A stretch of 64,000 nucleotides of DNA, from contig NMRA01000250.1 of NCBI GenBank assembly GCA_002633005.1, forward strand, positions 93,534-157,533, read 5' to 3'. Below, one piece after another: positions 1 to 14,000 of this stretch; positions within the stretch are counted from its first letter, which is position 1; each line of letters opens with the position of its first letter. A model generated the notes under the pieces. The model saw only the letters and a program-made list of their open reading frames with translations. It made no database searches and was not told the DNA's origin. The stretch comes from Phoronis australis (taxonomy: Eukaryota > Animalia > Phoronida). Made by a program: the position numbers and the translations under genes.

Positions 1-3000
1 CCAAATGATATCTGAGATTGCAAAATCGGGCATTGATATTGGTGACTAAAAATGGTAGAAAAAGAGAAAAGGGTGTACTGCATTCCAGTCTCAGAACCTT
101 TCGTGTACCTCTTCAATTTTTCTCCCCATAAATGTACATTCATTCTCTATCTCAATTCCTCCCGCCAACGAACGACTGTTGTAGAATGCAGACAATCACA
201 TACACTACGACCTCATGGCGACTTGGGGTTTTTCCCTGGTCGCCAAACACAATCTGAGGTTGCATTGGTGAAATGCAGGTCACCAAATCGAGCCTTGCAC
301 TGTTTTTTTTAGGACTTGTTTCACGTTCATGTTGTTCCTATACTGTGAGGGGTGTGCATGTGAATCCTTTACTTGATCACCAAAGTCGTGCCAGACATTC
401 AAGATGTCTTCTTTTGCTGAAGAAATGACTGGTTTTCTATGCATTCAAAAAGTCGTGAAGTCTTTGCTGCAAAATACATAATGGTTACTGCAATTAATCA
501 GGCTGTGGCAAACCCTGGACTATGCCGTATTTCCATTCATCCTGTTACAGTCGACTTGTGTGACAATGATCTTGGTTCCTATGGTTACCATTTGCATTCT
601 TCTATTGCTGCTTTGCTCAAGTTCCAATCCAAGTTTACCGTATATAAATTGCTTTGATGGTAGTGAAGTTCTGTTCCAACGAACAGTTTCGCTAGCAGCG
701 GTCCGTGAAGGGATCATTGTAACGCAATTCAACTGCTGTGCCCTCTCTTGTGGCTGTTTTGCACCATCATTTTATGTGCTGGAGAACTCGCATTTTTGCT
801 TGGTACCGAAACCATTGTGCAACTGCAGCAGTCATTGCCCTGCCCCGTTCCTGTTGCACCCATGTTCTATGTTCAGTGCTTCCTCGCAGAAGTCTCTGTC
901 AGTATTAGGCTATTGATTTTTGCGTGTGCATAATGGGAGTACATGGTTTCATTTATTTCACTGTTTAACCACCACTATTACACTTGTAGCTGGAATTGAT
1001 GGTCGAACAAATAACCTTTTTACGTGTGTATGAACACAATTGCTCAGATACTGATTTTTTAATTTACTTTCCGTCGACTTATGAAAGGGCAACAGTTATT
1101 GATTTTTAGTGCTCTGTGTTAAATCCCGACAATTAATTAGGCAACTTCTCAAATATCAAAGCTAAGTGCAATAGAACTGTACAGTAAAATTTCACCAGTT
1201 GTAGGACACAAGATGCAGACAAGTGATTCTTTTTTCACTTTTTGAGTGGATTACAGTAAGGAGGTCCCTAGGGCCCACTCCCCCTATGGACATACCAATA
1301 AAAGCAACTGGCATGCCATTTGAAGAGCCCCGTGGTCATTTCGCCTTCGAAAGTTATGGTTTGGCTTCCTCTTATGATAACCGTATTTGCCAGTGAGCTA
1401 CCGTCACATATTGTTATGATACCTGTATTTGCCAGTAAGTTACCATCACATATTGCTGCATTCAAAGCAATGTGGGAAGCCTTGAAATATGTAAAACAGA
1501 CCAATTTTGGCAAATGATTTTTGTCCGACATTGGTGACAAGTTACCATTTCACGTGTTGCTGAGTGAGACCCAAACAAAGCAATTTCTGAAAGTTTATGT
1601 CCTAGGTCTGCTTCAAGATGTTGTGAACTTGTCATATCTTTCTGTTTGAATTGCTGTTTTGTAAATAGCCAACGACTCAATGGTTGCGTCTGTCTTGAAT
1701 TCACATAAATTAGTGCAATTTTCGTTTTTAAAAACGATAGTAAAGTTTCATTGTAAGCTTTTTGGAGACGGCACGCATCATTAAAACGTCCAATTATTGG
1801 AGATCAGAAATTCACCAGTTATCTAATGGCAAAAATCAAGATGTCTGAGTTACTGGTTAATTGTAAGAATTTTGTCTGGAAATTCAAAAAATAAACTGGA
1901 CATTTCAGTCATTCACAAAAAAATGGAAATTTTGCAGTTGTGAAATTGTTTGGAGACTGTTTTGCCCATAGCACCTCAATATGCTGCTGTGTGCCCAAAG
2001 CCATCTGTCTTCTCTGCTGATATCAGAACTGGAAGGAATCAATATAGCTTATTATCTGTCTGTGGTTTCATGATCAAGGAGCTGACAGGGGAGATAAGTC
2101 AGTGTTGCGCTGTACACGTACATTCAGTGCAGGGGGCACTGAACAGTTATCACTAGTTTTTGCCTAGCAAAACACATATCAATGGACTTGTAATCTTTTC
2201 TTCACTTTGTCAAAATGGTATGCAAATAATGACAAAGTTTTGAGTTATTTCACATCAAAATCCTACAGACGAGCTCAGAAACTGTATTTTACCTTGTATT
2301 TTGGCCATTTCACTCCTATTCAAAAGCAAGATATGTTAAGAAAAAATGATAAAAACACAAAATTGACACTTTTCACCTCAAACCCACCACCTTCCTGTCG
2401 ATGCTTGACAAAAGCCATTATTAGATTCTGAAATCACATTTCATCCAGTATCCAAAAATGAGGTCCTAAAGTACTATTTTGTGTAATTCAGTCATGTTTG
2501 AAGGCTTCCTAAAGTTCGCAGCCAATTTCTCAGTCATTACCCAGTAATACACAATTGCACCAGGGGACCGCCATCTTGAAGAAGAGTGCAGCTACAGCTG
2601 AGCAAGTGTTCTCTTTCATTCACAACATGTTCACTAATACTCACAAACCAGATTCACCGAACTTACGTGCAATGCGTAGCTCAGAAGTTCCCCCAAGCCT
2701 CCTCTACCTCTGAAATTTAATAATATTTGGTAGCGCAGATTGGCCACAGCCTAAATGCTCACTGTCATCTCACTTCATCGCATGGATTGGGGAAAAACGC
2801 TAAAATTCTAGCGACAGCGTGAATGTCACTGTCCACTCTTGTTGTACTTATCCTGCCACATCTCTGAGTTCTTCCTTTCTGACTACTGCATCGTTCATTT
2901 CCATTATACGAAAGCTGCAATCTGACCTCTTATTTCCGTCCTTTGGCAGTTACATAGGTTGTCTGACTACAGAAGTGCCATTGAAAATGTTGGCATTTTT

Positions 3001-3596
3001 GGGGCAACAGTCAGTAGACCACCAACAGAAATGACCCTTGAATCTTTTTGATAAAGTTTCCTCAAATTCAAACAAAAATAATGGCCATAATTGTCATTTT
3101 TTCATTTTGCCTAAAATGTTTAAAATTTCATTGTGTGTTGTTGTTCTGTGTAAGATTTTTAAACAATCAAATAAACTCATCTTTTTCAATCTTGTTAATT
3201 TTTTTTGTTAAAATGTTACTTTTCTGCCATATGATGTTCGAATTTGAAGAAACGTTACTGCACTGGTATTTGAACTCTAGTAACTCGCGTAAAAACACTA
3301 GTACCAGTACCTACATGGAGATCTTGGTAAATATAAATGGCTTGTGCTTACAATTCATTGACTCGATGCTGAAATGATAGCGTTACCACAGTAACGCTCA
3401 TGAAAGTTTTCATATTTACGCACATGCCTTAGCAGTAATGAGGGTTTTGGATTTTAACGCGGTAGCGCTATTTTTAAAAATGTACATCGGTGATTCGGTC
3501 ATGTCAAAATTGCCAACTTTAAACCAGCAGAATAATACAACTTTAGGGCAAAGAATAAACTAAGCCTCATTCTGAAACGCACAATTTACTGTACTC

Positions 3597-3935
3597 TGGC
3601 CTGTGAGAACCTCAGATGCGGATAGTCAGGTCTAAGCATACAAGGCTTTGAGTACCTCAAATGCGGTTAGTCAGGCCTAGGCATACAAGGCTGTGAGTAC
3701 TTGAGATGCGGTTAGTCAGGCCTAAGCATACAAGGCTGTGAGTACNGGCCTGTGAGTACGTCAGATGCGGATAGTCAGGTCTAAGCATACAAGGCTTTGA
3801 GTACCTCAGATGCGGTTAGTCAGGCCTAGGCATACAAGGCTTTGAGTACCTCAGATGCGGATAGTCAGGCCTAGGCATACAAGGCTTTGAGTACCTCAGA
3901 TGCGGATAGTCAGGCCTAGGCATACAAGGCTGTGA
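3597..3935. repeat. 45-bp minisatellite spanning the N gap at 3746
   Basis: About 7 copies of gagtacctcagatgcggatagtcaggcctaggcatacaaggcttt; the ORF track shows the matching 15-aa period. Confidence 0.95.
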
Positions 3936-5821
3936 CTCCATTTGAATTGTGACACATGCACCCGGTAGCACATGCCTGTATGTGAAGGCTGGCTCAGACA
4001 CACTTGTGTGCAGAACACTTTAGGTTATGTACGACCTTGTCGACTACGTAGTGTGTGTATTTAGTAAAACATCTACTAAACTATACATTTTAACTCAGTG
4101 AAGCTTTCAGTTTTCTGAAAGTAGAAAGACTGCAGAATGTCTCGTTTGATTTCATGCCAATTTTTGTCTGAGTTTGGTTCACCCTTGCTCCAATGTTCAG
4201 AGTTAATGATATTTGTGGTGTGTGACTAAAAATAACATATCACCTCTTGAGAAAACTTAGCCACGGTCATCATTACTAATTAAGTTGCTTTAGCTGGAGG
4301 TCTTACCTTTCCTGATATAGATGTAAGAATCAATACTAAGGTATCCTATGTCTTTGTTCCACTGTTCATGGATGTGCAAGAAGTGGTTTGCAGTTTTCTT
4401 ACCGCAAAATAATTTGCGCAGAAATCGAGAAACCATTTATTGATTAGTCGTCTGACTTTTAGTTGCAAAGCTAAGATATCATGAGGGTGGCCAACCACAG
4501 ATTTCGAAGGAAAACATCCTTGTAAGCCTTAAAATGGTAAGAGCTAGTATGTCGTGGGGTGGCCAACCACAAATTTCAAAGGAAAATGCCCTTGTAAACC
4601 CTAGAATGTTAAATTTGCTTGTTTGGAAGGATCTGTCCCCTCTACATCCACACTTGATTACGTCTTGTTAGCAGTAGTTATTTACTTTTAAGAAGTACTG
4701 CTTACTAAAATTAGCGCACAGTGTGGCCACCTTGTGAAAATTTATTTTGTCGAAATTTGCCTTAAAAAGAAACAATAAGGAATTTTAATCTGTTATTATG
4801 ATTAGCTATTATGATTTAGACTGCGGAGATGTTGTAAAGCAAATTTTGGTAAACTTTTGCGACAAAGTAACCAGCCTTTGAAAAATAGGTCAATTTTCGC
4901 AATTATTTGTCTGCGAAATAAATGGATTATAAGCATGACATTTGAATGACATAACCAGTTGACTGACACGATCATGTGCTCAAGCTCCTCCCATGAATCT
5001 GGGAAATACGTAACCTTGAAATAAAACATGGGGACTGCTGGCATCAAAAGAGTAAGAAATGCATGAGTTCACCACAGCATAATCAATAACAAGTGAAAGC
5101 ATACTCTATCTATCCAAACATGGTAACGGAGAACACGAGGTTTTCTCTTATTTTCAGGTATGACCTTGAGGACTGCATATGAATTGAAAACTTTGGCCCT
5201 GTCTCGATATAATTACAGTGTTGTTGCAAAAACGGGCAATAGTTGGATATAACGTGCCCACATTTTGAGAACCAGTTTGATGACGGTTATTCAGTGGAGG
5301 AAAGTGGTTGTCAAAATTTGGACATTTTAGTACCCTACTATTACTCAAAAACGTTCTCAAATTTGATCGCTGCCTGTTCAGTAGTTTAAATGGACACTTT
5401 GTAGTCTCATTCTTTGAGGAAATGGCCTGTGCGTGTTCTTTGCCTCTTGTCATCTCATTTCAAATATTAATGAGAACTGGTATGGTGAACTCATTTCAGG
5501 TTCCTGCAAAAATAACTGCATAAATAGTAATTCTTTTCTGTTTTCAAAGACTGATTACATTCAATTGTTAAAATGCTTACACTTTTATAAAAGTTTTATG
5601 CCACGACAACTGTTTTGTACAAATCATGCTACCTTAATTATGAAGTAAAATTTTCACAACGTTAAGTTTTGTCAAGATATTTCACTTATAAAATTCCATT
5701 GCTATTTTGTGAGCTAAATTTAAGAGCATTTACCGTTTCGCATGATTTTTCAGGTTGCTATGTTTTTTTTGTAGTATAACGGATTCCTTAGCAAGGTTTC
5801 ATAAGAATTGAATGGTTGCCG

Positions 5822-7829
5822 TTTTTATGTGCCCACATATTTATATGTGGACGCATTATGCCGTCATCTCTGCCCGTACGGCGTCCGCTGCTCTATCTTC
5901 AAAATGGGCTGACGTATGTTCATGAAAGTTTGCACGTGTTCCTTTTATGGATGGGACAACATGAGCGAAGTTTCGGACGGATCCGACTACCGGTGTTCCT
6001 CCTAGTGGCAATTTTAGTTTTTTACGTTTACCTCTGTATCTTCAAAGGTCCTCAACATATTTTCACAAAATTTGGTGTTTAGGCATCTATTAGTGAGACA
6101 ATGGTATCCTCCCGTTTTCGGATGGATTCGGCATAGTTTGCACCACCTAGTGACCATTTTTACTGTTTTCGAGTCTGTTTTTAGCGTCCACCCCTCTATC
6201 AACCAAACCGCTCTAAGCATGATTGTGAAAATTGGCATATATATTCTTACTATGAAGAAGAAGGTTTATGATGATTTTCCGACGACTTCGACTACTGTGG
6301 CACCTCCTAATGGCAGTTTTGTTTTTTTTTGTGCCTATGGCTGTATCTCATAAACTGTTCACAGGATCTTTACCAAATTTAGTAAGTGCATTTTTATGAT
6401 GATGAATGATGACAAGGGACGACGACGACTTTCTAAAATTGGCATGTATGTTTTTACTATGAAGTGATCAGATGACGATGATTTTCTGATTACTTCGACT
6501 ACTGTGGCACCTCCTATTGGCAGTTTTGTTTTTTTTCGCCTGCGGTGTATCTCCTAAACCGTTTGCAGGATCTTTACTAAATTTAATAAGTGTGTTTATA
6601 TGATGTTGACAGTGGACGACGATGATTTTCGAATGGATCTGACTTGGTGTGTCCCCTGATGGCAATTTTAGTTTTACATTTACCTCGGTGTCTTCAAAGG
6701 TCCTCAACGGATTTTCAAAAAATTATGAATACGGGCATCTATTGGTGAGATGATGCTATCATCCTGTTTTGGGTGGAATCAAGGTATTTTGCGCCACCAA
6801 GTGGCCTTTTTTGCTGTTTTCGAGTCTGAGGATGATTTTGAAAATTGGCGTATATGTTCTCAGTGTGAAGAGGACGGTTGACGATGACAACTTTGACTAT
6901 TGTGGTGCCTCCTAGTGGTANGTAAGTGCATTTTTATGATGATGAATGATGACAAGGGACGACGACTTTCGAAAATTGGCATGTATGTTTTTACTATGTG
7001 ATCAGATGACGATGATTTTCTGATTACTTCGACTACTGTGGCGCCTCCTATTGGCAGTTTTGTTTTTTTCGCCTGCGGTGTATCTCCTAAACCGTTTGCA
7101 GGATCTTTACTAAATTGGACAAGTGTGTTTATATGATGTTGACAGTGGACGACGATGATTTTCGAATGGATCTGACTTGGTTTGTCCCCTGATGGCAATT
7201 TTAGTTTTACGTTTACCTCGGTGTCTTCAAAGGTCCTCAACGGATTTTCAAAAAATTATGAATACGGGCATCTATTGGTGAGATGATGCTATCATCGTGT
7301 TTTGGGTGGAATCAAGGTATTTTGCGCCACCAAGTGGCCTTTTTTGGTGTTTTCGAGTCTGAGGATGATTTTGAAAATTGGCGTATATGTTCTCAGTGTG
7401 AAGAGGACGGTTGACGATGACAACTTTGACTATTGTGGTGCCTCCTAGTGGTAGTTTTGTTTTGCGCCCATAGCTGTATGTCCTAAACCAACTACAGGAT
7501 CTTTATTAAATTTAATTAGTAAGTGTATTTATATGAATCTAATAACAGCCATTGACGACTTTCAGGCGGATCCAATGAACAGTGTGCCTCCTAGTGGCAA
7601 TTTTATTTTATTCTGTTTTCCTTTGTTTTTCTAAAGTTCGGTGATGGATTTCTATGAAATTTTGTGTATAGCTTGCTATTAAGGAAGCATTGACATTTTC
7701 CCGTTTTCGGATGGATGTACATTTTTGCGCCATCTAGTGGCCATTTTTATGACACAAATAAACAATCCTCAAAGCACACCATTTGCGATGCATTCGTGGG
7801 TGCATGTCAACGCTCCGCGTTGTTCTTGT
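5822..7829 (+). mobile_element. Non-autonomous Helentron/DINE-1-like (HINE) element with central tandem repeats
   Basis: 5' TTTTTATGYGCCCAC sub-TIR followed by hairpin ccacatatttatatgtgg, diverged repeats containing CCTAGTGGC, 3' GTGGGTGCAT sub-TIR and terminal hairpin CAACGCtccGCGTTG. Confidence 0.75.
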
Positions 7830-7898
7830 CTTATATGATGTTGCAGATTTTTACTAGGTTTTACCTGGAATTCATGTTCTTTTTTAATGTTGTTACAG

Positions 7899-8016
7899 AT
7901 TCCTATCTGAGGTTAAGATCAATGGCACCGTCTACTGTGGTGGCGAGGCATCAACCAAGAAGCTTGCCAAAAAGCAGGCCGCCACGTCTGCTCTGGCAGC
8001 ATTGAGTCCGGAACAA
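7899..8016 (+). CDS. ADAR: ADAR exon: C-terminal half of a dsRBD
   Basis: Acceptor tgttacag, donor gtacgt. Encodes [39 protein letters not shown] with a KKxAK motif. Confidence 0.88.
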
Positions 8017-11000
8017 GTACGTCTGCTATTTTGATATTCAGACATTGTCTGCCCTTGATCACAAAAGCCTCTGATCGTACTATCCTGTATTGTTTTGATC
8101 GAGTGAGTTGGCCTGCACTCTTTGATACTCTGTTGCCTTGTATTAATCATGAATGCTAGAAGTTTGAAAACAAAAACGACCAAGAGAGCAGCATGTTTTC
8201 ATTCTATTCTGTTCTGTTTGACTGTTATACCTGAGGATATGTGCCTAATATCCAAACGTCGTTTTCATGCCGCACTGTAGTGTCATTTTTGTTTTCTAAT
8301 TCTTATTTCAAATTTGGCAAAAAACGAATATTATGGTCATGAATGTCTAATCTCAAAACTATTTTCGGCATGTTCCGTTCTACCTTTGTGCAAACTCCAG
8401 ATAATTGCCTGTTAGTCTTCGCTCGACTACATTATGGTTTGTGCGTACGAGTTTCTAATCCTAGCTTACACTTGATGACCACTAGATTCGAGCTACAAAC
8501 CAGAATAAAAACGCGAGATTTCAAGTATAAATACATTTAGAGTTCAGACTCAAACTTGGGGTCATCAAGTGCAAGCTGGGATTAGGCAGTGATCAGTGTA
8601 AGTCATTAGCAATACTAGAGCATGGAATAATTGATTTATTTTGAGTTCGCACAAAAATAGAATAGAAAATACCAATAATAACTTGGGATTTGATTTCAAG
8701 TATAAAGATTAGACCCCTGACCTGGTATCGGGGGCATTCTTGGGGTCTTCTGATGTTTTCTGTCCTTGGTTATGTAAGTTAAACTATTTTGATATTCTGA
8801 CAATCTCTTCTGTTGATCACATGTCTCCTTTGTTCATATTCTGTTGTTCTCTGCTCACTCTTTTGATATTCTGACATCTGCTCTTGATCACATAAATCCA
8901 CCTTTTTGTTATTCTGATAGCTTTTGTTAGTGATCTCACAAATCAACATTCTTTTGACGTATGTAACCCAGTACCGACTTGTTAAAAGTACCTAAAATGA
9001 ACTCCAAGATATAGTAGTGTTGGAATAAAAATGGATTGCAAAGGTTTCATGTTTTAACCACCATTACTCAATGCTGGCTCTGTTCACCTGGACTGCGATC
9101 TTTATACACAAGAAACTTGCAAAAGCGCTATATCATACCAATTTTTCTCGCTATTATCTTGGGTCTATGGATCTCAGCCCTGGGGCCTGTTCCAAGGAAC
9201 TGCCTTAAGTTTATTTTTGACTTACTGCAGCCTTAAGTTTGTTATTGACTTACTGCCTTAAGTTTGTTTTTGACTCAAGTCTAAGATTTGTTTCAACTTC
9301 CCAACTCCCACATCCGGTAAGTTAGTCAAAAACTAAAGTCAAACTTAAGATCACTTTCTTGCAATAGACTTAAGACAAAATGAAGTTTAATGATTTTAAG
9401 TGCTAGTCCACGAGAGCACCAGCCGTGAGCGGCAAGGTGGGGGTCAGCCGATTTTCACCAAATTTGGCATATAGGTAGTCCTATGGGATCTATAAACAGC
9501 GGTAAAATATTTCCTCAAAATATTGCGTTTTTCTAAAGTTATAGGCTCAAACACATTTTACGGCTTCGCAGCCATGTTTTCACGGTATAAAAACTGTCCA
9601 GTTTTAACTGTTCATATTTTTNGCCGGTTGCTACGCTCACCTGCCGGTTGCTACGCTCACCTGCCGGTTGCTACGCTCACCTGCCGGTTGCTACGCTCAC
9701 CTGCCGGTTGCTACGCTCACCTGCCGGTTGCTACGCTCACCTGCCGGTTGCTACGCTCACCTGCCGGTTGCTACGCTCACCTGCCGGTTACTATACTCAC
9801 ATGTCGGTTACTATATTCACATGTCCTTTACTTTAATGAATTACTATATTCAGACACCCATTACTTTATTCACATATTTTTATTTCTATATTCACATGCG
9901 AATACTCGTTTGTTACTTAATCCACACATTGTGTTATGTTTGTACAGTTTGCTAAATTGACGTGTTTGATTTGTAATTCAGCTTCAGCATCTGTGCGGTC
10001 ATCGATGGAAAGAAGTGTCCAGCGAGAGAAGCGAACAATAAGAAAGAGGCGAAGAAACGGGCTGCAAGTGCCGCGTTGGTGGCCATAACTAGCGACACCT
10101 TGGAAGAGATGCCAGAGTTTGTTAAAGTGAGTGCTTTCTGTCTAGTTAGCAATTGTTTCTCGTGAGACTCCGTCTCAGCTCTGGCAGTGTGTTTCATAAA
10201 AAGTGACGCGAGACTTGAATCGGGAATTTGGTCTTACGTGCCATGCCCACTTCGCAATTGCTAAATAAATTTTAATTGTGTAATTATTGGAACATCACAG
10301 CCTAGGAATAATTTATGAGAATTATTTTCAGTAACTGTCTAGTATGAGTATACACTCAGAGACTTTGTACTTTGCTTAGTGAGGTTTGAGAATTTCTTAG
10401 AAAAAATTAAGTGATGCAGAAGACCAAATTTCTGTCTCAAGTTTCAAGTCACTCAGATCCAAGATGTCTGGTTTGTCTCCACACAACTAATGCCGTCAGT
10501 ATTACTGGTTAGGTTTCTGTCAAGCATTTAATGATCATTTCTTTCACTGCCACCAAATTCTGACATTGAGCTAACGATGTATAACTTAAAAGTCGTCTTC
10601 CATTATCCAAGCCATTGTTTAACAATATGACCTATGTGGTACATTTTTGTTCGTAGGAGGTCCCCAACAACCCCACCCCCACCAAGCCTCGTGACCCTGT
10701 CAGTGCTCTGGAAGAGTACTGTCGACCCCGCAACATGACCATCGACTTCACTTCACCCATAGTGACCGGTCCAGATCACGCACGAAGGCAAGTGTCAACT
10801 AGTAAAGTCTGTCGCAGTCGGCGTTTTCCCTCAGCAATAATCCAAACATGGTGCAAACTGCTCGTTGCATTTTCACATACTAATCTTCTTTCCTTCAAAT
10901 TCACCATAAAAACAGCTTATGGTGTCATTCGTTTTTACAGAAAAGTCAGGGCTTGAAATTTTCGTCTTTTAAGATTTCCTCTTTTTGTTTTTAATTTTCT

Positions 11001-14000
11001 CTTATTTAATTTCCAGTTTCCGCTTTTTCATCTCCTTTTGAATCTTTTTGATTTTTTTCATGCAAAAAACGTTTCTTGGAGTTAAATTACATCTCCATCA
11101 CTTAAACCTGTTAATTTGTGAAACGATATGTAACCTGGAAATTTTCCTTTTTTTGTCGTTGGTCATTCCAATCCCTGAAAAAAATAAAAAAGTACCACTG
11201 CATGCAGTTGTTTAAATCATCTTGTAAATGACACAAATCTCAGTCCTTTTAAACACGGTTCATGGCTCAGACCTTTTCAAACATGACTCAAGATGTCCAA
11301 ACATTTGTGTATTACTGAAAATTTTACGTAAATGTTGTTGGACACAACGGCGACCTCATGGGGGAAAATTGAAATGTTCTCAATTGAAAACTGTCGGATT
11401 TAAACCTGCTTAGATTGGATTGGCCAGTCATACAACCCAATCTTTGCCACCATTGTCTTTTGGAAAATTCAGAGTGGGTCTCATGAAGTGACAACTTAGT
11501 ATAAATGTGGACACCGACATAGAAATAATCACTACATACGAGTTTCTTCTTTGCATGTGTTGGATTCTCACAGTGACGTCAAACGTGCTTTGAAAGTTGG
11601 GTGGCAGAACCTGACTGTTTGTTGCATTTGTTAATTGATTCCTTTGATCTGAAGTCAGTGATGCCGCATGTTTTAAGAACGAGATTTTCACACGTTACCG
11701 TTCAAGGTTTGTTTCAACTATAGAAAAACAACAATTTCAAATTGTAGCGCCTTGAAAATTTTGAGACATCCAGTTGAGGTAAGAAAATACAGAAAATTTA
11801 AATCAAATACTGGAATTCGCTTACTGGCTAATAGGTGGCGTTTTAACCATCGATGGAACCTTAATCCACGTTGTTTATTGAGAAAGGGGCATTTGATGCG
11901 TTCGTGGAGAGCTTCTTTAACACCCTTTCTGAACCAGTTTTCCTCACAATCGAGTATAGTGACGTCACCATTTAATCTTAAGATCAAGTCTGGATTTGTT
12001 TTGATGTAATGAACGGGATCTTGCACGTTTTGAATGAACGGGATCTTGCAAAGTTTGAATGCATATTAGTTCTAGAAATATTGTTAGTAGTTAAAGCTTT
12101 CTAAATTGATTTTGGTAGCTTCTAATCAGCAACATTGGGCTTAGAGCCTCTTTAACTGCACGTTCTTGCACATTGATCATGCAAGTCTTGTGTCATAACC
12201 TCAGTATTGAAATCATCACCAACAGAATGCAGTATCCCAACATTGGGTCAAGGACCTAATTTGCTGTATGTACACACATTTAAATCTTGTAAAACCCATG
12301 TCCCAGGTTCACGCTTGAAGCCATCATCAACGGCAAGCACTACCCCAGCAGGACAGCCAGCTCTATCAACGATTCAAAGAAACAGGCGGCCCGCGTTGCC
12401 TTGGAGATGTTGCTGCATGCAGCTCATGAACTGTTGCCGAGTGCCAACAAGACAGCGGTAGGTGATATAGTATGGCATCTTTGTATACAATACCTTCATG
12501 ACAATATGGCAAACAATTTATGACAATATGGTAACTTTGTTTTATGACAATATGGTAACTTTGTTTTATGACAGTATGGTAACTTTGTATTTAATAATTT
12601 ATGACAGTATGATAACTTTGTATTGAATTATTTATGTCAGTACAACAACTTGTACACAATTTGTGACAATCATGATACTGTGTGTTATAATTGGTGACTG
12701 AAACGAATCTTCTTTTGTGGTAATATTGTATAATTTGATCACAGCAATGAGTCTTATGTAGAGACAATGTGTGTAGTAACTGATTACACTATAAATCTTG
12801 TGAAACAAGAGTGGGTGAATTACTTGATGTGAATAAATTATAAATCATAACTTCTGGATGATAGGGTACTGGAAAGAGAGAGAGTTTTTGGTTTGATCAA
12901 GGTGTCGGTAAGACTGTTTGGGTGGAAGCCAAGAACCCCTCTTTGAATAGACACGCAGGGATCAGACCTAGCTGCCTCATTCTGGGAAAACTATTTTACA
13001 GTAAGTTGCACAAGTTAGCAGTGTTAATTTTTTTGCATCAACACTGTGACTTTCTTGTGCTTTGTTAAAGTGTCGGAAATGATACACATTCAGAAAGAGT
13101 CTAGCCTGATCTCGCTACCATCCCTAACCTTGGTACTCTATTACAGCGGGAACAAACCCAGAGAGAGAAACATACAGACATGGCGGATTACATGGAGTCC
13201 CTGTCACTGAAGATATTCAAAGTTTGCCACGAGTCGCTCGCTGAGAACTTCGCTGGTCAAAAGGTTGTGGCTACAATCATAATGAAACGACATCCGAAGG
13301 ACATTGGCACTGTAGTCAGTCTTGGCACTGGTATGTGAAGTCAATGTGCCACATTGGCACTGTAGTCAGTCTTGGCACTGGTATGTGAAGTCAATGTGCC
13401 ACATTGGCACTGTAGTCAGTCTTGGCACTGGTATGTGAAGTCAATGTGCCACAGTCTATTCTATGGAGTGCTCACCGCAACCGGGGCTTGGAAATTTCCT
13501 CTTTTAAGAGGGTTTCCTCTTTTTTTGGTTTCAAATTCCTCTTTTTTGGTTATGATTTCCTCTTATTTGATTTCCAGTTGTCTCTTTTTTCGTCTTTTTT
13601 ATTATTTTTTTACTTTATTCATGCAAAAACGTTTCTTGGAGCCTAATTTTACAACACAGAAAATACCTCTATTATATAAGCTTATTTATTTGTAGGATGC
13701 ATCACCTGAAAAATTTTCCTCTTTTGTGTCATGGATCATTCCGTGCCCTGCTCTACATATTTCCATGCCCGCATCATGCAGTGTTATTCCCCAACACCAC
13801 GTCACAATACTTACTGGACACGGTTCAGTGAATTACAGCTGTTCAGTGAATTACAGCGGTTCAGTTTCAAAACAAAATTCATTTTAAAAAACATTTGGCA
13901 ATTTTGAACCTACTTCATATTCACATCGTCGCTATGTGTTGTGTTTCTAACTAATTTGATCAAGTAATCACAGAGATAAGGAATTAGCGTGCAAGTTCTA

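Noticed and set aside
130-930. Coding-like stretch with overlapping short ORFs, possibly a decayed minus-strand gene or transposase (similar impression at 2660-3050 and 4800-5050)
   Set aside because: No recognisable domain motif and no consistent frame or splice pattern; a translated search is needed.
3597-3935. CRISPR-like regular repeats (also 14440-14681 and 50887-51146)
   Set aside because: Head-to-tail minisatellites without unique spacers, in a eukaryotic intron context with no cas genes.
8229-8262. Hammerhead-like string cctgaggatatgtgcctaatatccaaacgtcg
   Set aside because: The required GAAA core is broken (CAAA) and I found no stem I pairing.
9523-9960. Three overlapping repetitive ORFs
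   Set aside because: Artefact of the stop-free 20-bp minisatellite.
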